Positions 51,466 to 59,861 of a stretch of DNA of 64,000 nucleotides are shown here, in pieces (within the stretch, counting starts at the first letter, position 1; each line of letters begins with the position of its first letter). This DNA comes from Gemmatimonadota bacterium (GTDB taxonomy: Bacteria > Gemmatimonadota > Gemmatimonadetes > Gemmatimonadales > Gemmatimonadaceae), in NCBI GenBank assembly GCA_040389905.1, contig JAZJZK010000007.1:32001-96000 (forward strand), given 5' to 3'. Below the pieces are notes generated by a model, which saw nothing but the letters and a program-made list of their open reading frames with translations, ran no database searches and was not told the origin of the DNA. The position numbers and the translations under genes are program-made.

Positions 51466-51957
51466 ATGAAAACGCCAACTATCCATCCCCACGCGTTCGT
51501 CCACCCCGCCGCCCACGTCATCGGCGACGTCACGCTCGGCGCGCGCGTGAGCGTGTGGCCCACTGCTGTCATTCGTGCCGATACCGACGCCGTCGTCATC
51601 GGCGACGATTCCAACGTGCAGGATGGCGCGATCATCCACTGCGACCCCGGCATCCCGTGCACCATCGGCAATCGCGTGTCACTCGGTCACCGCGCCATCG
51701 TGCACGGCGCCACGATCGACGACGACGTGCTCGTCGGGATGGGGGCCGTCGTGCTGAACAACGTTCGAATCGGAAGCGGATCCGTAATCGGGGCAGGGGC
51801 GGTGTGCCGCGAGGGCACGGTCATTCCACCCCACTCGCTCGTCGTGGGTGTCCCGGGCAAAGTCATCCGGGAAACGACCACGCTGGAGCGCGAGCGAATC
51901 GCTCGCGCAGTGGCCTCGTACCTATATCTCCAGGACGTACATCGTTCCGGCGGTTGA
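51466..51957 (+). CDS. gamma carbonic anhydrase family protein
   Basis: Hexapeptide repeats; IRAD, NVQDG, GHRAIVHG. Confidence 0.92.
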   Translation: MKTPTIHPHAFVHPAAHVIGDVTLGARVSVWPTAVIRADTDAVVIGDDSNVQDGAIIHCDPGIPCTIGNRVSLGHRAIVHGATIDDDVLVGMGAVVLNNVRIGSGSVIGAGAVCREGTVIPPHSLVVGVPGKVIRETTTLERERIARAVASYLYLQDVHRSGG

Positions 51958-51976
51958 CCGCAATTGCGACTGTCGA

Positions 51977-54900
51977 TTACGGCGTGAGACGAAGCACCGA
52001 GCTCCCGAGAATCACCAGGAATTCGGTATTCCTCCACACGACTCGGCCGCCCCCGTTCACGTCGACGGGCGCACCAGTCGCGGTTGCGATGTAGGTGCGT
52101 CCACCCGCACGGAACACCGTCGTCCCATCGCTCCCGATCGCATCGATCGAGGCACTGGACGTGAGCGAGGAGACTTGTCGCAGCGTGCCCGATGGTGCGC
52201 GCAGCCACACCTGGCGAATATTCGATCCGTCGGGCTTGAGGAATGCGGTCCAGCCATTGTTCAGTTCGTAACTGTAGGCCGGGTCGCCCAGGTTACTGTA
52301 CACATAGGTGGCGAGCGTCGTTTCGGTCGTTCCGTCGTGCAGCACCGTGTAGTAGGTTCGTGTGCCGCCCGTCGATGGTGTCCTCCGGGTGAACACGACA
52401 TTGGTCCCATCTGTTCTTGGATCGACGTTCCACCACGTCGCATTGTCGTCGTTCGTCAGTCGTTGCACAGCGCCAGCGTGGTACCAGTAGACGTCCATGT
52501 CTCCGCGACCCATGTACGCGATGGATCCGTCTGGTGCCACGTCGTTGTTGGTATTGTTGGCCCACGACGTCACGAGGATGTCGCTACCTGAGATCAGATC
52601 GCGACGGTAGAGGTCGAACAGTCCGGGCGCAGGGGATGTCGTAAACGCCGCATAGTTGCCGTTCACGACGATGTTCCCCCAACTCTCGAGATTCGTCGTC
52701 GTGTAGAGCGAGCCACTCCGGTAGTCGTACAGCGAGTAGTTCACCGAACCGGCGACGCCCGCGCCCAGGATGGCCCCGAGCGGCGTCACGAGGCGCGTCG
52801 TCCCCGTCAGTCCGGTGGGCAACGGTATGGTGGTACTCGCGCTGCTCGACAGATTCCAGAGCGCGAGGGGCTGGCCGCCGTCACTCGGACGCCGGTATAT
52901 CGCGCGGTCCCCGCTGGCGTCATCGACGTTGCCTGGGGCGGTGCCGAGGAGCGTAAAGTGCGCGCTGGAACTGACGTACACTGCTCGCTTGATCGTCGTC
53001 GAACGTCCCTGCGAATCCGTCCCCTTGAATACGATCTCGATTGTCTGTCCGGTGTAGCTGCTCACCGAGGTCGAGCCACTGACGCTGCTCGTCCCGGTTG
53101 CGAGCATCGGTCCACCGGTGATAGACACCGTCAGGCTCGCGCAGCCCGCCGGGTCATCATCCCCGCAGGTGGCCGCATAGTTCAAGGTGCCGATCGCCGC
53201 GCTGGCCTCGGTGGGCGACGACACCGAAACGCTCGGCAGCGCATCATGGATGATCGGCTTGGTGGCCGATGCCGTCACGCCATTCGCATCGACGGCCGTC
53301 GCGACGACGAAGAGTGTGTCCCTCGAGAGCCCCGTGAGGTCCATCGTCCCGGTCCACGTTGTGGACGTCGGGCTGTTGCGCGTAATGGTGACTGGCCGCC
53401 CGCCTACCGTCACCGACATGGATGTGATCGTCGTGTTGGACGCCGCGCTGACGTTGAGCGAGTAGCTGTCGCCGGCGTACGCGTACGCAGGAGGAACTCC
53501 GATGGCGACATGCAACGGCGAGAGCTCGAAGTTCGCAACGAGCGTCCGGTTGCCGGTGACCGCGAACGGATAGTCAGTGAAGGGGTGGACGATGACCCCG
53601 TTCTCCGTCCAGTTCAGGAAATTGTAGCCAGAATTCGGAGCCGTGGCGACACTGATCTTCGTGCCGACGTCGTAGGTCGAAGCGCCATACACCGCGCCGC
53701 CTCCGGACGGATTCGCCGATACGGCGATGACGCCGCGCAGCGAGGTCGTCGCGAAGTTTGCGACGAGGGTGCGCGCGCGCGTGACGTTGAAGGTGTACTG
53801 CGAATCCGTAGAAACGACCGTACCATTCTCCATCCAGTTGGAGAACTTCCACCCCGCATTCGCCGTGACCTGAACAGTCGTCGCCGTGCTCGTTTGAACC
53901 GAGGTGCCGCCGCCGAGCGTCGTGCCGGCGCCAGAGGGATTCACCGACGTGGCGATCGCGACGTTGCCGTCGACCTTGAACGGGATCGTCACGACCCCGC
54001 CCGAGGCGGAGTACACAGTGATGCTCGCAGTATCCGGCACGAGGCCGGTCACCAGACCCGAGGAGGACACCGTCAGAACAGCAGGCCTGATAGACGCATA
54101 CGTCAGGCTTGCGCACGCCGTCACATCTGCGCCGCCGGCATCCTTGGCCAGTGGCCGGAGCTGGGCCTCGGGCTGAAGGGGCACGTGTGTGCGAAAGACC
54201 TCGTTGGCAGGGTCGAAGCTGCCCAGCGTGGCGGCATAGCTGTGTGGGACAGTGAGCGTTGCGACCGTCGCCGGCGTGGACAGCAATGTATTGGTTCGCG
54301 GAGATGCGCTGAGGCCGACCGAGAAGCGGGCAATCTGCTGGGCGTCGACGATGTTGATCGTGCCGTCCGCCGTCACATCACCGTTCGTGGCCAGCGCAGC
54401 CGGGTTCGCCACGCTCAACCCCACGCTGGAACGTGCCAACTGCTGCGCGTCGACGATGTTGACCGTGTTGTCCGCGTTGACGTCGCCCCAGTAGCCACCC
54501 TGCGCGATGCAGGCGTCCAGCCAGCGCACCCGAACGAGCGACATGATGTTCGCCGCCGTCTCGTTGCCGGCCGCCGTGGGCCGAACCTCCACGGTGGTCG
54601 CGCCGGGGGTGCTCGTGAAGTAGACGGTCGCCATGGTGACCGTCGTCGTTGTGCCGGTGGCGTTGAAGATCGAGAGCGTGAGGTTGCCGTTCGCGGCGTC
54701 CGCCGCATTGGCGGTGAGGCTGCCGAAGTTCCCGGCCTTTACCGAATCGAAGGTCAGCCGCGTCGCTCCCCACTTGAGCTGTGTCGTCAGCGAGGCGAGG
54801 TTCGCGCCCGCGGCATCGCTCATGTCGATGATGATCGGTACGGCGACCGTCGTGTTGGGCGCATACGTCGCTGCGCTCACGCTGCCGGCGCGCACGTGGA

Positions 54901-54988
54901 TTGTGCCTTGGGCGGCAAGGGGCGCCGAGGCGGCCAACGCAGCGGCCAGCATGAGTGGCGCGATCACAGAACGTCGCATGAATTTCAC
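51977..54988 (-). CDS. secreted protein: cohesin-like, dockerin, InlB-B-like repeats, Ig-like domains, propeller-like C-terminus
   Basis: Signal peptide (ATG 54979 possible); GDVNADNTVNIVDA and GDVTADGTINIVDA; two G(W/Y)xFxNWxENG...TLVANF repeats. Confidence 0.82.
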   Translation of the reverse strand: MKFMRRSVIAPLMLAAALAASAPLAAQGTIHVRAGSVSAATYAPNTTVAVPIIIDMSDAAGANLASLTTQLKWGATRLTFDSVKAGNFGSLTANAADAANGNLTLSIFNATGTTTTVTMATVYFTSTPGATTVEVRPTAAGNETAANIMSLVRVRWLDACIAQGGYWGDVNADNTVNIVDAQQLARSSVGLSVANPAALATNGDVTADGTINIVDAQQIARFSVGLSASPRTNTLLSTPATVATLTVPHSYAATLGSFDPANEVFRTHVPLQPEAQLRPLAKDAGGADVTACASLTYASIRPAVLTVSSSGLVTGLVPDTASITVYSASGGVVTIPFKVDGNVAIATSVNPSGAGTTLGGGTSVQTSTATTVQVTANAGWKFSNWMENGTVVSTDSQYTFNVTRARTLVANFATTSLRGVIAVSANPSGGGAVYGASTYDVGTKISVATAPNSGYNFLNWTENGVIVHPFTDYPFAVTGNRTLVANFELSPLHVAIGVPPAYAYAGDSYSLNVSAASNTTITSMSVTVGGRPVTITRNSPTSTTWTGTMDLTGLSRDTLFVVATAVDANGVTASATKPIIHDALPSVSVSSPTEASAAIGTLNYAATCGDDDPAGCASLTVSITGGPMLATGTSSVSGSTSVSSYTGQTIEIVFKGTDSQGRSTTIKRAVYVSSSAHFTLLGTAPGNVDDASGDRAIYRRPSDGGQPLALWNLSSSASTTIPLPTGLTGTTRLVTPLGAILGAGVAGSVNYSLYDYRSGSLYTTTNLESWGNIVVNGNYAAFTTSPAPGLFDLYRRDLISGSDILVTSWANNTNNDVAPDGSIAYMGRGDMDVYWYHAGAVQRLTNDDNATWWNVDPRTDGTNVVFTRRTPSTGGTRTYYTVLHDGTTETTLATYVYSNLGDPAYSYELNNGWTAFLKPDGSNIRQVWLRAPSGTLRQVSSLTSSASIDAIGSDGTTVFRAGGRTYIATATGAPVDVNGGGRVVWRNTEFLVILGSSVLRLTP

Positions 54989-55058
54989 TGAGTGACTGAA
55001 GTGTTACGGACCTCGTTCCGATCCTGACAGTGCAATTTACGGCGCGGCTGGCCGTGGA

Positions 55059-55212
55059 TGTCATCCCGAGCGACCGCGTAGCCCGCTCCCCAAGCGTAGT
55101 CGACGAGCTTGCTTGGGGTGACAACGCTTGAATGGGCGGTTTCAGGATGGACGCTCGCTCGTTTTTGTCGCTTGCTCTTTTTGTCGCCCTGAGCGGAGCG
55201 AATGGCCTGCAC
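55059..55212. repeat. family A hairpin (55059-55123) and family B copy (55156-55212)
   Basis: TGTCATCCCGAGCGA...GCTTGGGGTGACA; TTTTGTCGCCCTGAGCGGAGCGAATGGCCTGCAC. Confidence 0.8.
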
Positions 55213-55668
55213 TTGCTATCGCGCCCGCTGGGTAATTTCGGATCGAGCGAACACATCGGCGCTAAAGTTGCAGGGCCCGCTTCGACGTGTTTCCAGGCAA
55301 GTTGACGGCCGCAGCATTCCGACGCAGAAGCGGCAGTATCGGCCTCAACCACGAAATACTTAAGCGCTCGGTCCCCGTCTAAGTGCTGTCCAGCTATGCG
55401 TTTAAGATTTTCTATGCGTCGAAAAGTTGCGCGCGGCGCTCACAATTGACTCATCAATTCGGCCGCTCCACATGTTCTCCACGTTACAAAACTAGGTCTG
55501 CCAGCAAAGTGATGCACCAATTGGAACTCGTTATATTTCATGGACTTAAGGTAGGGCTGGCGCGGACTCACATGTGAAGTAACTTCCGCCCCCTCAGTAA
55601 GAACAGCACCGTGCACCGAAGGCGGCGTTGGAGCCGTCAGAGTTCATAAAGAAGTCAATTCCGGAGAA

Positions 55669-58188
55669 GTGCCCATGTCCCTGTCCGCTACGCCACCATC
55701 TGGTCCCGTCACCCTGTCCAGCAACGCCCGCACCGTTCTCGAAAAGCGCTACCTCATTAAAGACCGGACAGGAAAGGCCACGGAATCACCAGAAAGTTTG
55801 TTCTGGCGAGTCGCGACAGTAGTTGCAGAACCCGACGCCCGCTATGGCGCCACCGAAGACGACGTGCAGCGTACCGCCGAGGAGTTCTACTTCCTCATGA
55901 CGCAGCGCCGCTTCGAGCCCAACTCACCCACCCTCATGAACGCCGGCCGCCCACTCGGCCAGCTTTCCGCGTGCTTTGTCCTGCCCGTCGAGGATGCGCT
56001 CGCCAACGGCAAGAACGGCATCTACGACACCCTCAAGGCCATGGCCATCATCCACCAGAGTGGTGGTGGCACCGGCTTCGGCTTCTCGCGTCTCCGCGGG
56101 AAGGGCAGCATGGTCCGCAGCACCACCGGCGTGGCCAGCGGCCCCATCAGCTTCATGAAGCTGTATGACGCCAGCACCGATGCCGTGAAGCAGGGTGGCA
56201 CCCGTCGTGGCGCCAACATGGGCATCCTGCGCGTCGACCATCCCGACGTGATGGACTTCATCGCCTGCAAGGAAGACCTCACGCAGGTCACGAACTTCAA
56301 TATCTCCGTCGCCGTCACCGCGAAGTTCATGGACGCGGTGAAGAACAAGACGTCCTACGATCTCTACGATCCCTCCAACGGTGCCGTCGTCGGCTCGCTC
56401 GACGCGAACATGGTGTGGGACAAGATGATCCAGGGCGCGTGGAAGACCGGCGAGCCTGGCTGCTTCTTCATCGACGAAGCCAACAAGTACAACCCCGTGC
56501 CGCACCTTGGTCCCTACGAGGCGACCAATCCGTGCGGTGAGCAGCCGCTGCTGAGCTACGACGTGTGCAACCTCGGGTCGATCAACATCGGGTTGTATGT
56601 GAGAGACGGGCAGTTGGATTGGAGCGCGTTCGGAAAGGACATCGCGCTCAGCACGCACCTGCTCGACAACATCATCGACGCGAACAAGTATCCGCTGCCG
56701 GAAATCGACGCACTGTCCAAGCGCATCCGCCGCATCGGACTCGGCGTCATGGGCTTCGCCGATGCGCTGATCAAGCTCGGCATCGCGTACGACTCCGCCG
56801 AGGGTGTGGAGTTCGGACGTCGCGTGATGGAATTTTTGGACGTTGAGTCAAAGAAGGAGTCCGAGCGGCTGGCGAACGAGCGTGGACCGTTCCCCGAGTG
56901 GGCGCGGTCGATCTGGGGTCCGGATTCCACCTGCGCGCGCGACGCGAACGGCAATCGCATTCGTCCGATGCAGATGCTGCGCAACTGCAACGTCACCACC
57001 GTTGCGCCCACCGGCACCATCTCCATCATCGCGGGCTGCTCGTCGGGGCTGGAGCCGCTGTTTGCCGTTGCCTTCATGCGCAACCAGGCCGGCGTGATGA
57101 TGCCGGATGTGAACGAGGAGTTCGTCGCCATCGCCAAGCGTGAGGGATGGTACTCCGACTCGCTGATCGAGAAGATTGCGAAGGAAGGGCACGTCAACTT
57201 CAGCGAAGTGCCGGTCAAGTGGCAGAAGGTGTTCGTCACCGCGAACGCTATCGCGCCCGAGTGGCATGTGCGGATGCAGGCGGCTTTCCAGTTGCACTGC
57301 GACTCGGCCATCTCGAAGACGACCAACTTCTCGCACGCGGCGACGGTCGAGGATGTGCGCGCCATCTATGAGATGGCGTATGAGATGAAGTGCAAGGGCG
57401 TCACTGTCTACCGTGATGGGTCGCGCGATGCGCAGGTCTTGTCGACGGGCGCGACGCAGAAGGCCGCCGAGCAGCGTGATGCCAAGCCACCGACCGCCGC
57501 TGAGCGCCGGGAGATTGGCGACCTGCATGGTACGATCGCCGAGAAGGACGTGGAGATCGAGCGGTTGCGGAAGCAGTTGTTCGATGTGGAGGCCGAGAAC
57601 CTTCAGCGTCGGCAGAAGCGCTCGCGGCCTGACCGGCTGCGTGGAACCACGCACCGGCTTGAAACCCCGCTCGGTACGATGTTCGTGAACATCACCGAGG
57701 ATGATAAGGGGCAGCCGTTCGAGGTCTTCATCACGCTCGGCAAGGCTGGCGGATCTGCCATGGCGGATGCGGAGGCGATGGGGCGGCTTATTTCTTTGGC
57801 ACTACGGTCCGGCATTCCGATTACGACGATTCACAAGCAACTGCGGGGGATCTCGTCGGATCGTGCGGTCGGGTTTGGGGCCAACAAGGTGTTGTCGGTG
57901 CCGGATGCCATTGGAATCGCGCTCGAGCAGTGGTGGAAGGACAAGGAGGGGGTGCAGCAATCACTGCTCGACCTGTCTACGCCGGTTCATGGGACGCCGG
58001 TGCCACCCGAGGCGGTTGTCGTCTCGAGAACGTCGGGGCAGACAGGAGCCGAGGCGCAGCAGATGACATTCGAGGCGTACAACGGGGGCGAGACGTTCAT
58101 GGGGACGTGCCCGGACTGTGGGTCACAGCTGGAGTATGCTGAGGGGTGTGTGAAGTGCCATGTGTGTGGGTTTAGTGAGTGCGGGTGA
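55669..58188 (+). CDS. nrdJ: vitamin B12-dependent (class II) ribonucleotide reductase with TSCPD domain and zinc ribbon
   Basis: PNSPTLMNAG, QLSACFV, RRGANM, TNPCGEQ, APTGTIS, ISKT, GVTVYRDGSR; C-terminal CPDC...CHVCGFSEC. Confidence 0.95.
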   Translation: MPMSLSATPPSGPVTLSSNARTVLEKRYLIKDRTGKATESPESLFWRVATVVAEPDARYGATEDDVQRTAEEFYFLMTQRRFEPNSPTLMNAGRPLGQLSACFVLPVEDALANGKNGIYDTLKAMAIIHQSGGGTGFGFSRLRGKGSMVRSTTGVASGPISFMKLYDASTDAVKQGGTRRGANMGILRVDHPDVMDFIACKEDLTQVTNFNISVAVTAKFMDAVKNKTSYDLYDPSNGAVVGSLDANMVWDKMIQGAWKTGEPGCFFIDEANKYNPVPHLGPYEATNPCGEQPLLSYDVCNLGSINIGLYVRDGQLDWSAFGKDIALSTHLLDNIIDANKYPLPEIDALSKRIRRIGLGVMGFADALIKLGIAYDSAEGVEFGRRVMEFLDVESKKESERLANERGPFPEWARSIWGPDSTCARDANGNRIRPMQMLRNCNVTTVAPTGTISIIAGCSSGLEPLFAVAFMRNQAGVMMPDVNEEFVAIAKREGWYSDSLIEKIAKEGHVNFSEVPVKWQKVFVTANAIAPEWHVRMQAAFQLHCDSAISKTTNFSHAATVEDVRAIYEMAYEMKCKGVTVYRDGSRDAQVLSTGATQKAAEQRDAKPPTAAERREIGDLHGTIAEKDVEIERLRKQLFDVEAENLQRRQKRSRPDRLRGTTHRLETPLGTMFVNITEDDKGQPFEVFITLGKAGGSAMADAEAMGRLISLALRSGIPITTIHKQLRGISSDRAVGFGANKVLSVPDAIGIALEQWWKDKEGVQQSLLDLSTPVHGTPVPPEAVVVSRTSGQTGAEAQQMTFEAYNGGETFMGTCPDCGSQLEYAEGCVKCHVCGFSECG

Positions 58189-58220
58189 GACGAGGATGAC
58201 ATGAACTCCGCATCTGGCTG

Positions 58221-59228
58221 ATGGCCGACAGTTCCGCACGGCTCGAACCAGAAGCCATTCGCGCTTGGCTGGCGTCGGATGGCGGGTTCTATTCTGACGA
58301 TGCGGTAGTGTCAGTGCTCACGCGCTGCCGCTCGCTGACTGAGGTTCGCTTCGCTGCCGGGCTGCTTTCAGTGGGTGGCTGGTATGTCAAGGACGCTGAT
58401 ACATTCGGCCATCCCCGCTACCTGTTGCGGCCACAGTTTCGCTTCGCCGGGCGCGTGGTTTCCTTTGTACTCAACTCGCGATGGACGAAGAAAGCGGCGA
58501 TAGTGGACGTAGTGAGAGATGCACATGATTCGGCTCGGAGCCCGTTCGCCACAACGGTTCGCGAACGAGGGATGCTGTTCATTCCGGTTGATGAACTCAA
58601 TTGCGTCGAAACAGCCCGAGAGCTTCACGCGTCGCTGGAAAAGGAGTTCCAGCTAGACTATCGGCGTGATCCCGAGACGGCCTATGCCGTGCCGGCGCTC
58701 GTAAAGCGCGTTCTGCAACGTGAATTCGACTGGAAGCAACTCGCGATTACCGAGCGCGCTCAACGATATCCGGCATGGGTGTCGGCCTATGGGCGGACGT
58801 TGCACTCGGGAGGCATACCATCGCACTACATGGCCGTGATCTCCCGGTGCGAGACCTCCAGTGAACTACGCTTCGTGCTTCCGATCCTCAAGGCGCGGCG
58901 ATGGCGCGCTGGCGCACAGAACAGACTGATCTCGGACGGATTCGAAATACGAATTCAGGAGAATGCCGCGGAAGCGGTTTTTGACTTTGTTCTGATCGAC
59001 CGAACAACCGGGCGAACGTTCGCCCTTGACGTTGTCTCTCCGCTTGACACATCCAAGTCACCCCTCCAAAGGGTGCAACACCGCGGCGCGGCGGAAGCGC
59101 TGAAGTGGCATTATGAGCAAATACCCGCAATAGATGCGGCAATGAAAGGCCAATTCTGGTCGGGTTTGTTACTGGAATCTGCTCCTCATGCCACAAACGC
59201 CCCGGCGGTAACTTGGCCACAAGGCTAG
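58221..59228 (+). CDS. hypothetical protein with two degenerate DUF559/Vsr-like nuclease-fold repeats
   Basis: Internal repeat RCRSLTEVRF...PQFRF...AAIVDVV versus RCETSSELRF...IQEN...FDFV...FALDVV. Confidence 0.6.
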   Translation: MADSSARLEPEAIRAWLASDGGFYSDDAVVSVLTRCRSLTEVRFAAGLLSVGGWYVKDADTFGHPRYLLRPQFRFAGRVVSFVLNSRWTKKAAIVDVVRDAHDSARSPFATTVRERGMLFIPVDELNCVETARELHASLEKEFQLDYRRDPETAYAVPALVKRVLQREFDWKQLAITERAQRYPAWVSAYGRTLHSGGIPSHYMAVISRCETSSELRFVLPILKARRWRAGAQNRLISDGFEIRIQENAAEAVFDFVLIDRTTGRTFALDVVSPLDTSKSPLQRVQHRGAAEALKWHYEQIPAIDAAMKGQFWSGLLLESAPHATNAPAVTWPQG

Positions 59229-59861
59229 CGTCTAGTTCGGCGTGGCGGGCACGAAGAATGTCGCCGGATGCGAGGAAGCGCTCACCTACTGCATCGCGTG
59301 CCGACGTGCGAAGTACGATCAAGCGTGCTTCAGCACCTGCCAACACCGCGCATGAACACCGGACTGACCTACTGCGGCCTTAACGTCTTCTCAAACGATT
59401 GGCAATTACGGCAGGCGTGTCCGACCAAGCAACACCCCTCCTCCGTCAGCATCGCTCTGACATACCGCAGGACAATAGATCCTCGGTGCCGGCAATCTGA
59501 TCGGCAGCCCGCGCGATTGGATGCAGAGGAACCCGGACTGACCTGGCAACGGCCAGAAGTACTCGAATCTAGCCCAATTCTGCTGCGATGAACAATATGT
59601 AGCATAATTGTACTGAATTGATACGGGAGCACTGACCACAACCATCAGACCCAGGCTCCGGAATGACCATATGAAGTCGCCGCTTTGTAGCTCATGGCAA
59701 TTCAAAACCTGGACATTTCAACTCGTCGACGGAGCGTCTGAGTGCGGTTACTGGCAATGTGGCACGAACGACGCTCTCCGAATAGAGGACCACAGGGCGG
59801 GCCAGCCGCGCTAACGCATGCAGGCAACCTACGGTCATCTCTCCTTCCTTAGGCAATTCGC

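Noticed and set aside
48273..54988. Cellulosome components
   Set aside because: No glycoside hydrolase domains or multi-cohesin scaffoldin are recognisable.
52958..54991. 677-aa plus-strand ORF and similar long Arg-rich overlapping ORFs (e.g. 35470..36657, 13023..14015)
   Set aside because: Antisense or alternate-frame artefacts of GC-rich genes that have clear motifs on the other frame.
55440..55668. NrdR boxes or a cobalamin riboswitch upstream of nrdJ
   Set aside because: CCACATGTTC at 55468 only partly matches an NrdR box, the second candidate is weaker, and no B12-box was recognised.
55669..58188. Intein or intron in nrdJ
   Set aside because: Catalytic motifs are contiguous and the length is explained by the core plus the TSCPD and zinc-ribbon tail.
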